Shown one piece after another: positions 38,463 through 48,551 of a stretch of 64,000 nucleotides of DNA. Within the stretch, counting starts at the first letter, position 1. The number at the start of each line of letters is the position of its first letter. The position numbers and the translations under genes are program-made. The DNA is taken from the IMG/VR virus record IMGVR_UViG_3300029983_000007, positions 266,209-330,208 of that record; one strand, written 5' to 3'. The notes below the pieces were generated by a model. The model was given only the letters and a program-made list of their open reading frames with translations. It searched no databases and had not been told where the DNA came from.

Positions 38463-38752
38463 AATACTTAAAAAAATTTGAAGATATTGAAAATACTCCA
38501 GAAATTGGTGATTACATTATTCCAAATGTAGAAACATTGAATCATCTTATTGACAATAAAATTAATAATCATGTATATCAAATAATAGGAACAAAAGAAA
38601 GAAATATGGGTGGTTTTTTATATATCATTAAAGTAAAATTGAATGATAATCAATTAGATGACTGGTATTTATCCAATTATGAAATAATGCATTTATCAAA
38701 AAACAAAGAAGATTTAGAAGTATTATTACAATCAAATAAATTTAACATATGA
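38459..38752 (+). CDS. Dual-tag GDY protein
   Basis: PEIGDYI, SNKFNI. Confidence 0.85.
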   Translation: MKYLKKFEDIENTPEIGDYIIPNVETLNHLIDNKINNHVYQIIGTKERNMGGFLYIIKVKLNDNQLDDWYLSNYEIMHLSKNKEDLEVLLQSNKFNI

Positions 38753-39030
38753 AATATATAAAAACATTTGAAAGAATTAATTATTATATACCAGAAAAAG
38801 GTGATTATGTTATTTGTGGTGGTAATAATACATGGGATAGTAAATTCGCAAAATTTATATCAAACAACATTGGAGTATTAATAAATCATTTACCTAATCA
38901 ATATAGAATAGATTATGATTATATTGATCCATATTCAATATATTTAACAAATAGAAAAGATATATTATATTGGTCAAGTGATAAGAAAGAATTAGAAGAA
39001 ATTCTACAAGCAAACAAATTTAATTTATGA
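38749..39030 (+). CDS. Dual-tag GDYV protein
   Basis: KGDYVIC, ANKFNL. Confidence 0.85.
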   Translation: MKYIKTFERINYYIPEKGDYVICGGNNTWDSKFAKFISNNIGVLINHLPNQYRIDYDYIDPYSIYLTNRKDILYWSSDKKELEEILQANKFNL

Positions 39031-39338
39031 AACACATTAAAACATTTGAAAATAATTATGAATATGCAGAAGTTGGAGATTATGTTATTATTAATGTGAA
39101 TAATCTAAAATTCAGCAATGATAATATAGGTAATATTTACAAGAAAATGTTAACTGATAATGTATATAAAATAATTGACAGTAAAATAGTATCAGGAAAC
39201 AGACAAATATATCTAATTGATTTATATGACGATGAACATATTAACGGATATTATATTGATAGTAAGAATGTATTAGCATTTGATAAAGATAAAGAATTTG
39301 TTAAATGTAAAAATGATATAAACAAATATAATTTATAA
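39027..39338 (+). CDS. Dual-tag GDYV protein
   Basis: VGDYVI, INKYNL. Confidence 0.85.
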   Translation: MKHIKTFENNYEYAEVGDYVIINVNNLKFSNDNIGNIYKKMLTDNVYKIIDSKIVSGNRQIYLIDLYDDEHINGYYIDSKNVLAFDKDKEFVKCKNDINKYNL

Positions 39339-39668
39339 AATATTTAATTTTTCTAACTTCCTCTTTCTTTGAATTGATTTATAATCAAAATGCTCAATTA
39401 TTTCTTCTTCAGTTAATAAGGCTAAATTACAATTACGATTAGAATAAATATATATTTCTGATTCTACTGTATAACATTTATATTCAAGGCAATAATGTGC
39501 ATATTTATATTTATTACCTTTTATAAATGTGTGATTTTGAAAACCTAAATCATATTTTGTCCAATCATCTAATGATATTAGAATATCTCCTACACTTAAA
39601 TCAAGCTTATTCATATCTATTAATTTTATATCAAACAAAGATACAAAATATTTTTGGTTAAATAACAT
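39333..39668 (-). CDS. RKxKL-tail small protein
   Basis: VGDIL motif, ends QRKRKLEKLN; real start may be internal. Confidence 0.65.
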   Translation of the reverse strand: MLFNQKYFVSLFDIKLIDMNKLDLSVGDILISLDDWTKYDLGFQNHTFIKGNKYKYAHYCLEYKCYTVESEIYIYSNRNCNLALLTEEEIIEHFDYKSIQRKRKLEKLNIL

Positions 39669-39714
39669 TTTAATAATAAACTTTCATATAATTTTTGATA
39701 CAATAAAATAAACT

Positions 39715-40608
39715 ATGAAAGAATTAGAATTAAAAAAATTAGTACATTCAACTATAGACAACACTATCAAGTATATTTTTTATACTGAAGATAAATTGAT
39801 AGTTGAATTTTCTTATATCAATAAGAATGATGGTAAAAATATTATTTGCTGTCCAGTTTCAACATTTTGTAATATAGGCTGCAAATTTTGTCACACAGCA
39901 GAATATATTGGTAAAATTAAAAATAGAAACCTAACATCATTAGAGATTTCAAATGGAGTTGATTATATTTATAATGATTTGAAACTATCTGAAAACCCAA
40001 AAACTTTATTGATAAGCTCCATGGGTATTGGTGAAATTGTAACCAATGTTGATGAAGTTGTAGAATCAATGATAAATATTCAAAATACTTATCTTAAAGA
40101 TATATATGTTAGATTTGCATTTGCAACATCTTTACCTGAATCTCACAAAATCGAGTTTTTCAAATTGACAAATAAAATTGCAGAGAATAATTTACCTGTT
40201 AAGTTGCATCTATCATTACATTATACAACAGATGAATTAAGAAGTCAATGGATGCCAATGTCAATGAAAATTGAACCAACTATTGCAGCAGTTGATTACT
40301 ATAAAGCAACTACAGGAAATGATGTTGAAATACATTATGCACTAATAGAGAATGTTAATGATAAATCAGAAGATGCTATGAGATTAAGCAATCTTATTAA
40401 AGGTAAAGGTTATAATGTTAAATTTTTATTCTATAACAAGAAAGATAATATAGACGCTGAACCATCTAACATTTCTAAAATTAGAAACTTTGTTGATATA
40501 TTTAGTCTTGTAGGAATAAAACATGAATACTATGTACCTCCTGGACTCACAATTGGAGCATCTTGTGGTCAACTATCTATAAATGAGTATATTAAAATAA
40601 AAAAATAA
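39715..40608 (+). CDS. RlmN/Cfr-like radical SAM RNA methyltransferase
   Basis: CxxxCxxC (CNIGCKFC), SMGIGE (cf. MGMGEP), HLSLH, C-terminal IGASCGQL. Confidence 0.85.
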   Translation: MKELELKKLVHSTIDNTIKYIFYTEDKLIVEFSYINKNDGKNIICCPVSTFCNIGCKFCHTAEYIGKIKNRNLTSLEISNGVDYIYNDLKLSENPKTLLISSMGIGEIVTNVDEVVESMINIQNTYLKDIYVRFAFATSLPESHKIEFFKLTNKIAENNLPVKLHLSLHYTTDELRSQWMPMSMKIEPTIAAVDYYKATTGNDVEIHYALIENVNDKSEDAMRLSNLIKGKGYNVKFLFYNKKDNIDAEPSNISKIRNFVDIFSLVGIKHEYYVPPGLTIGASCGQLSINEYIKIKK

Positions 40609-40626
40609 TAATTAAATAATAATTAA

Positions 40627-42087
40627 ATGAATAATAGAAACTTCATATTACATATAAAAGAAGATAAATACAAAAAATTATTAATTGATTATATTTTTAA
40701 ATATCGTCAATTCGAAAACTTATATCTTATAATATTAAAAGAGAATAAGGATGATTTTAATTTTTTATCTAATTATAAAGTAATGAGAGCTATTCTTGCG
40801 GAAACTACTGGAGGTAAAGATAAAAATGAAGTTGATTTTATTAGATATAAATATAAAGAAAATGATAAAATGAATGAATTAATTATTTTATCAAAAAGTC
40901 TTAAAATACATAATATTTCAGATTTGATTAAAAGAGTAAAATCAAATTATAAATCTTTTTTCACTAAAATAAGAAATAAAGTTAAAGCCAACGTTCCATG
41001 TACAAAAAAGTTATCACTATTGACTAAATATTCCATTCTAGTTGATAAAATTGCATTTTCAATAAAGAAAAAGGATAAAATTGGAATCAACTTGAGTAAT
41101 AAAATGTTTTATATTGATTTTAAGCATAAAATATTACCAGATAATATACAAAGTCTTAAAGTCGTTTACTCAAATAAAGAAGTTTATTTACATTTTAATT
41201 ACTTGACTGAAGATATATTAAACACAAATAATTCATTAATAAAAGAAGCAGGAATAGATGTAGGTATTAATAATTTATTAGCTATATTTATTGATGATAA
41301 AACATCTAAATCAATAATTGTTGACGGAAATATTTTTAAAACTTATAATTCAAAATTCAACAGGTTCTTGTCTAAACTTAATGAATCAATTTCTAAAGAA
41401 GTCATAGAATTTAAACTCAGTAATACTGGTACTAAATATGCAGTTAAGTGGACTAAAAGAGGAATAGAATTACGTAAATATAAGACATTTATTTATGAAA
41501 AAAGAAATCGTTATTTTTATGATCAATTTCATAAAGTTAGTAAACGTGTGGTTGAATTATTGAAATTAAATTCTGTAAACAATCTAACAATTTCATACAA
41601 TCTAGCTAGATTAAAATATAATGGTGATTGTAAATTAAATAAAAAAGTAAAACAAAATTTCATACAAATTCCTTTCATAAAACTACTAAATTACATTCAA
41701 TATAAAAGTAATGAAGTTGGAATTCAAGTAGATATAATTGATGAATCTTACACATCAAAGTGCTCATGTATTAGTGATAATGTGAATGATCCGTTAGATA
41801 AAGAACTAAATGGTGTTCGTTCTAAAAGAGATTTATTTACTGATAAACTAATAAATAAAACAATGAATGCTGATTTGAACGGTGCTGTCAATCATATAAA
41901 AAAATCAAACAAAAATAATAATTTTTCTTGGTTGGAAAATTATATGTTTAAACTGTGTAATCCAGTTAAAATTAAATGCGACTACGATTTCTTTAAATAT
42001 TTAAAGAATAGTGTGCTCTGGCAAGGAATTTCATCAAAAGAAGTTCAAACGTCACTTCATGTACAAAATTGTACAAGTTTAAGTTGA
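40627..42087 (+). mobile_element. tnpB: Solo TnpB (IS200/IS605/IS607 family RNA-guided nuclease), rearranged RuvC
   Basis: AGIDVGINN (RuvC-I), DESYTSKCS, MNADLNGAVN (RuvC-III); 3' stem-loop CGTCA...TGTACA-AAAT-TGTACA...TGACG at 42050-42089; no TnpA adjacent. Confidence 0.85.
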
Positions 42088-42212
42088 CGAATTTGATTAC
42101 TGCTGTATATGTTAAGTAATTTTAATAAAATTAAAGATGATGAATTTCATGAATTAAGAAGACAATATATTGAAAAGTTCAAAATTATTAGAAGATTATA
42201 TAAATAATAAAT

Positions 42213-42428
42213 GTGATGGAAAAATTTAAAATTGGAGATAATGTAATTAAAAATAAAGAAATCTGGATAAGTAATGATTTTGATGGTTGGGGTAGAGGAA
42301 TTGGAATTGGTATTGTTATGGAACCTCCATTTGAGATGAATGACAATGAAGTTGATATTAGATGGAACGGTGGTAGATGTTTTGAATTTACAGAAGAATT
42401 AATAAATATTAGTATAGAAAATGAATGA
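42213..42428 (+). CDS. Small KOW/SH3-like hypothetical protein
   Basis: FKIGDNV ... GIGIV ... VDIRW. Confidence 0.6.
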   Translation: MMEKFKIGDNVIKNKEIWISNDFDGWGRGIGIGIVMEPPFEMNDNEVDIRWNGGRCFEFTEELINISIENE

Positions 42429-42447
42429 GTAATCACGCATTAAGTAT

Positions 42448-42490
42448 AAAAAAACAAAAGATTGAATGAGTAATCATTCAATCTTTTTTT
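42448..42490. terminator. Bidirectional terminator
   Basis: AAAAGATTGAATG/CATTCAATCTTTT. Confidence 0.75.
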
Positions 42491-42744
42491 ATAAATTATT
42501 ACAGGTATTTATTTATAAAATGGCATACTTCAGTTCTTTTTTGGATCCCTCTGTAACTTAGACCTATTAATTTTTTTAGTCCTGCGACGAACTTGCTATC
42601 GTTTTTCAATGGCATCGTAGTTCCACTTCGTCTTACAAATATAATATCATAAAATCACCAAGACAGTATGGTATCGCTTGTTGTAATTTCAACAAAATGA
42701 ATAACATAACTTTACAATAATAATACTTTAATAATTTATATTTA

Positions 42745-43916
42745 TTAATTAAAGCTAAAGTTAAAAAATAAAAAATTTAAAATATCATCACATTTCCTTA
42801 TAGAATTAATGAACTCTAATCTATTTTGATATAATGCTTCTAAACCAATTGAAATACCATCAAACTCTTCTAATTTATACTTAGTCCTTGGTACATTAAA
42901 ATAATCATAACCACCAAAAATTTTATGAGTTATCATAGATATATTAGCAAGACAAAAGTGTGTTCTCAAATCAGGTTGTAAGTAAGTATTGTTAATCTCA
43001 CTCACTTCCTTTAATGCATATTCTATAAGCTTCCTTTCAACAATATTACGAACAATACCATTAAACTCTATTTGGTGAGTATCAATTGTTAATTCTTCTT
43101 CTGGTGGATAAACTGCTACTGACATAATTATAGTGTTTTTTAATTGTTTGACTTAATTGAATACAAAGATACCACATATAATTAATATATGTGGTATCTT
43201 AAAAGTTAAATAATATTATTAATAACTAATATGTATTAAAACGCTATTTCTTACTATGGCTTTTTTAAGAATATCTATAAATTCTGCATGTTCTTCATCA
43301 GTCCAATGCTTATTTTCTTTCATTAAACTTTTTATGTTTATAATATCGCTCTCTTTCATATTTACAATACAATCATTGAGTTCATTATTTTTATAGAAAG
43401 ATTCTTTATCATCTTTTATAATTCCATACTCTCCAATCAAATAAGATAGAAGAACCCAATTATTTCTAAGATAGTAAATCTCTGTTACTAATTTCTCAAA
43501 GTCTTCAAATATGATTGAATCTTTTTTTTGTTCATCACTATATTCTACATCTTCATATATAACTGGAGTAACTTCCTTATATGAATCCTTTGTTTTATAA
43601 AATGTTATATCAAGTCCCATAATTATGTTGTTTTTTCTTTGTGTCTAATCATCAATCCAGTACCACTTGGAGAATTTAAGCAATAATATATTTCCAGATT
43701 ATGAGTAACTAAATATCTAATTAATCCATTATATTCTTCTGCTGATACTTCTTTTGATTTTTGTGCTCTCAATTCTGTACCATCAATAAATCCTTTTGAA
43801 TACCCTAACTTTCTACCATTCTCAAATGATTCAGTATCATTTTTGTATTTTAAAAGAGTAATTTTAATTCTCATCTCGCATATCATATTAAAGATATAAT
43901 CAAAAAATTTTTTCAT
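42745..43916 (-). other. Three hypothetical CDS (42745-43125, 43219-43620, 43623-43916)
   Basis: Co-oriented ORFs with host-type TATCTTTG element at 43164; 43219 starts MGLD, common among phage hypotheticals. Confidence 0.65.
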
Positions 43917-44139
43917 TTGATATTTTATTTAATTTACGTTTTCTATATTCTGATAATGTTATAAATTCATGATATTCAGTTATAAAAACAACATCTTTAA
44001 ATTCAAGAAATTCAAAAGCAGTTTCATTATTACCAATACAAATAATATGTAATGGTTTAAAAAGTGGAAAATCATTATTCATAACTTTATTATTAGTACA
44101 AATTACTATATCACCTATTTTCATAATCCTATTGTCCAA
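43900..44139 (-). CDS. RKxKL-tail small protein
   Basis: IGDIVIC ... FITLSEYRKRKLNKI. Confidence 0.7.
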   Translation of the reverse strand: MDNRIMKIGDIVICTNNKVMNNDFPLFKPLHIICIGNNETAFEFLEFKDVVFITEYHEFITLSEYRKRKLNKISNEKIF

Positions 44140-44299
44140 TCAATTGGTCCTTCTTCAATATAAACACTTTCATACTTTGTTTGAAGTTCATCAAAAATGC
44201 TACTAATTAGTTCATATTCAGAAACTGTTAAATATCTCTCAATTCTCATATTATCTGTTCCAGATATTTCAAGATTATATAATTTTTTTTCGGTTTCCA

Positions 44300-44620
44300 T
44301 TATATTTTTGGTTTTAAATTTTTAACTTTTTTTCTTCTTAAATATTTTTCAATAACATCAACACCAATTGTATCTAAAAATTTATCATCAATTAAAGCCT
44401 TAGGATTCATATAGTATTCCCATCCGTCAGCCCACTCATGTAAATTAAAGTCATGATGAAGATCCATAAAAATTTTACTTTTAGTAAATATAACATAGAT
44501 TCTATTATTAAGTATTCCTAAAAATATCATTTCTTCTCCTAAATAAGAACCATCATCTCCATGTGATCTTTCTGTTCTAACTATGCTATCTCCTTTTTTG
44601 AATTTTAAAATTGAACTCAT
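44300..44620 (-). CDS. RKxKL-like tail small protein
   Basis: FKKGDSI ... YLRRKKVKNL. Confidence 0.7.
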   Translation of the reverse strand: MSSILKFKKGDSIVRTERSHGDDGSYLGEEMIFLGILNNRIYVIFTKSKIFMDLHHDFNLHEWADGWEYYMNPKALIDDKFLDTIGVDVIEKYLRRKKVKNLKPKI

Positions 44621-44628
44621 TTATTTGT

Positions 44629-45120
44629 TTAAAATTTTGTTGTCCATTTTGGATTAGGTAAATAATTAACCTCTTCATATTTTTTTAATAGTTTATAAAG
44701 TGGTTCCCAATCTGAATCTGGAAAAAACGCTGCCTTATCATCCAGGATCACGTTGAAATACATCTTCTTATCATAGAATCCGAAATTTCCATTATTAGAT
44801 GATATGTTTGGATTTTCATTTATATTATCAAAATGTATAAAATTATTATCAAACTCTTTTATATAATTACTAATTTCATTTTGATATGATGATGTCCACA
44901 TTATTATATGAATATCATTTCTATTAGTTAATATTTGAAGTACTTCTTTTGCGAAAGGATAGAACTCAATAGTTTTATCATTCAAGTTATAACTTGGTTT
45001 AATTACAGTTGAATGCAAATCTATAACCCAATAAGTTGTATACCATTCTTTTTTAAAAGAATTGGTAAACACCTTATCAATGTATTTAGTCATGGATGTC
45101 GTTAATAATTCTTCAAACAT
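44629..45120 (-). CDS. HAD-superfamily hydrolase-like phage protein
   Basis: VIDLHSTVI, IMWTSS, ILDDKA. Confidence 0.7.
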   Translation of the reverse strand: MFEELLTTSMTKYIDKVFTNSFKKEWYTTYWVIDLHSTVIKPSYNLNDKTIEFYPFAKEVLQILTNRNDIHIIMWTSSYQNEISNYIKEFDNNFIHFDNINENPNISSNNGNFGFYDKKMYFNVILDDKAAFFPDSDWEPLYKLLKKYEEVNYLPNPKWTTKF

Positions 45121-45123
45121 ATT

Positions 45124-45432
45124 TTACTTATTATCTATATCAAATTCCTTTTTCAACTCAAGATATCGTTCTAATCTATTTTGTTTCAACCTTTCGTCTG
45201 TTTTCACCTTTTCAATCATTCTTTGATTATATTGCTCATCAGTTTCTTCTATCATTCTACTAATTTCGACATCGAAATATCCATCATGTTCATATTTTGT
45301 TGTACACTCAGGTTCTATATATTCACAAATGATTATATCATCATCCTGAAATTGTATATGTTTCAATTCTTTCCAAGTAATATTATTATCAGAAGTTTTA
45401 GAAAAAATTATTTTTTTAATTTTCTTTTTCAT
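45124..45432 (-). CDS. Hypothetical protein
   Basis: 102-aa ORF, C-terminal coiled coil. Confidence 0.65.
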   Translation of the reverse strand: MKKKIKKIIFSKTSDNNITWKELKHIQFQDDDIIICEYIEPECTTKYEHDGYFDVEISRMIEETDEQYNQRMIEKVKTDERLKQNRLERYLELKKEFDIDNK

Positions 45433-45436
45433 ATTA

Positions 45437-45844
45437 TTAGTCGAATGGTTCTATAATTTTCTTAATATATTTAACTGGTATATCAACTTCACAACACAAA
45501 TGATTTCTATTAGATGACATATCTTGGTTTGAGAAGTTATCATCATAAAAAGTTATACCATCTTTAATTAATTCTTGTGTATCAAGTGCAACTATAAATG
45601 AATCATCATAATACCTAAACATATCGCCAGTTGTATGTTTAATAGGATACGAAAAGAACAACATTCCTGTATCAACAATTGATTTGTGTTGTGGTTGGTT
45701 AATTTTTAGTCCTTCTTTTTCAATATTTTCTATTCTATCTTCAGTAGTTACATGGTATAAAACATCATATTTGCTAATATCATGCTGATTAAACTCTTTT
45801 TCATACGTTTCACCTGTAAAAGGTGATGTGAATTGTTTTTTCAT
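45437..45844 (-). CDS. ADP-ribosyltransferase/Tpt1-like fold protein
   Basis: LYHVTT...IEKEGL, LFFS, IPVKYI pattern. Confidence 0.55.
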   Translation of the reverse strand: MKKQFTSPFTGETYEKEFNQHDISKYDVLYHVTTEDRIENIEKEGLKINQPQHKSIVDTGMLFFSYPIKHTTGDMFRYYDDSFIVALDTQELIKDGITFYDDNFSNQDMSSNRNHLCCEVDIPVKYIKKIIEPFD

Positions 45845-45845
45845 A

Positions 45846-47918
45846 TTATTTAATTAAAGTACAATTATTACATTTTTCAATTAATTCTACTGTGTGAATT
45901 TCACTATTTTCAACAGAATAATAAAAAAATGTCCAGTTTTTCATTGCATATCCTATATTGAATGGCTCTGTAGTACCAAAATCCTTTATACATGAAGGAA
46001 TGAATAAATATTTTAATTTATTTTTAAATTCTTCTCGACTTGTTACTATTTCAGTAGTATTCATATTATTTCATCATTGTTTTTGCTTCAACTAATTCTT
46101 TAATTATTTGTTCCATTTGAATGATGTTGTTACTGTGTAGTCCTGGTATTTTTTTATAAACATCATTAATTAAATTATCAAAATTTTCTGATTGATATAT
46201 GAAATTATGAGTTGGAAACCATTTTTTGAGTACATCTTCTAATACATCACAACTTTCATCACCATCAAATGGTTCTTCCAATCCTAAAATAATATTATTT
46301 TTATCATCAATAGCAATAACATTATCAGATATTGGTTGAAGTGTACCCCAATTATTATAATATGACATAAATCTTAATTCATATCTTTCATTGAAAATTC
46401 TTTGACTTTCAAATTTAAATGGTAATCCAAGTGAACAATCATAAAACTCATCAGATGAATTATTTAGGAAATCTATAATTTAATTTCCATTAATTTTATC
46501 TAAATTAATCATTATCTTCAATATAATAATCCAAATCTAAACCATTTTTATCACAATAATCTTCAAATTCTACTGAGTAATCAGTACCATATTTTTCAAT
46601 TAATTCATTACAATTGTCTGGCATACCATCGCAAACACCAAAATAGCATACTTCTCCATCATATTTATCTGATGATACATATAAATTTCCACAAGGAACA
46701 TTATTTTCTTTTGAGAATTTTTCAAAGAAATGTAAAACAATATTTATTGCCTCTTTACTATTTTTAATATGTTCTTTATAGAAAATATCAAGAGTGTCTA
46801 TAATCATATAAAAATCTTTTGATTTTTCACTTGTAATAACTGGGTAATCTTTAAAATCTTTCATTATTTTATTTTATTTTATTTTGTTTAATTGTTCTAA
46901 TTTCTTTTTTCTTACATAATCCTCAATATCTTTCAGTTTCATATCACCAAGAACATTCCAACCATATTGCATAAATAAAAATTCTAGTTGTTTTGCTGTC
47001 CAATCTCCTGGATTATTCTTAATATTTTCAGAAAAAATTTAATATTCATGATTTATTTTTTTATTTCAATGCAACCATGTCTTGTTCCTTTATAACCAAT
47101 CATAATTTCTAAGAATGGTGTAATCTGTAAAGAATAAATGCTTGATTTATTACTAAATTTAGTTATGCTCACTCCGATTACAAATGGAATTATTCTATAA
47201 AATTTTGTATTAATAATACCTTTATAAGTTTTCATTTTTATTTATTTTCATTTTTATATTCATTTAAAAATTCTTCAATATATTTTAATTCTATACTTTC
47301 AAGAACACTATATATTGGATTATCATTTTCTTTACTAATTAAAGATTCATCTAAACATTCCAATTTCTTAATTCTTAAAAAAGATTCAATATTTTTAATA
47401 CTCATACCTTTAAGTGATTTATTGATTATATCTATTTTAAACCTAAGGTTAGATAACTTACTTTGTATTTCTACACAATCATCATTGGCTATGCTCCAAT
47501 ATAAATTACCGCCCATCATATCTCGAATTTCAATGGCTTTATCCAAATTTTTCTGTCCTTCTTCTACTTTATCAAAGTTCAATAGTTCACTGAAATTATG
47601 CATATTTTAATAGTGTAAATTTTTAAATTCTAATTTTATACCATTCAATTTTTCAGAAATAAATTTATCTTTATTCCATAAAATTAAAAACTTCTTCCAC
47701 TTTTTAGATAAATTATTATATTGTGTTTTTGTTAAATGTTTATTATGATCATCATAATTCATAATATTAAACCAATGTTTATTTATGACAATATTCATTT
47801 CTACTGATTTTTCAATAATAAATTCAGCATAAAGTTCTTCTACATTATCAAAATTTACATCCCAAACACTTTCAATATAGCTATAATAATCTGAATATCT
47901 ACTTGTTATACAAATCAT
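45846..47918 (-). other. Run of small hypothetical CDS (45846, 46066, 46505, 47053, 47238, 47607 and shorter ones)
   Basis: Tightly packed co-oriented ORFs; a <60-aa ORF near 46870-47050 ends YVRKKKLEQLN. Confidence 0.6.
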
Positions 47919-47933
47919 ATTAAAATATTTTAA

Positions 47934-48551
47934 TTAGTGATATAAATTATTTTGATGTATGTATTTATCAACATCTAATGGTACAAAGATACTAATATCT
48001 TCTGAATTGGCAACATTATTTCTTATTTTTGTTGATGATAATGATGATATTTTAAAATCTTTAAGAAAAACAGTATCTTTATTTATAATTACATTATCAC
48101 TAAGTAATTCAGATTTTTTATATTCAAAACATTTTTCATTTGTTTCATTATCAAAATCTCTTGGTAAAACTAAAAAAGGATAGTTTTTACATATAACTTT
48201 AAAATTTTTCCATTTATCTATATCTAGCCAAATATCTAATCCCATTATCATATAATAATTAGTATCTGGATTAGAATTACTTAGTGAAGTTAATGCATTA
48301 ATTGTATATGATGGCAAAGGTAAATACTGTTCAACGGTATTGACACTAATATTATCATAGTCTTCTACAGCTAATTTACACATATTACATCTATCCAAAT
48401 AATCAGCCAAGTCATATTTGAAAGGATTTTGTGGTGATACTACTAATTGTACTTCGTCAATATAATTTAGCTTATATATATACTCAGCTATCTTAACGTG
48501 TGTATTATGGCAAGGATTGTAGCTACCAAAAAAAAGTGCAACATTTTTCAT
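47934..48551 (-). CDS. nadD: Nicotinate/nicotinamide-nucleotide adenylyltransferase
   Basis: ALFFGSYNPCHNTH (HxGH-like), SPQNPFK, PSYTINAL, MIMGLD, SSTKIR. Confidence 0.88.
   Translation of the reverse strand: MKNVALFFGSYNPCHNTHVKIAEYIYKLNYIDEVQLVVSPQNPFKYDLADYLDRCNMCKLAVEDYDNISVNTVEQYLPLPSYTINALTSLSNSNPDTNYYMIMGLDIWLDIDKWKNFKVICKNYPFLVLPRDFDNETNEKCFEYKKSELLSDNVIINKDTVFLKDFKISSLSSTKIRNNVANSEDISIFVPLDVDKYIHQNNLYH

Noticed and set aside
1-39338. Diversity-generating retroelement or integron behind the variable arrays
   Set aside because: No reverse transcriptase, template/variable repeat pair, integrase or attC-like palindromes in the window; variation is not adenine-specific.
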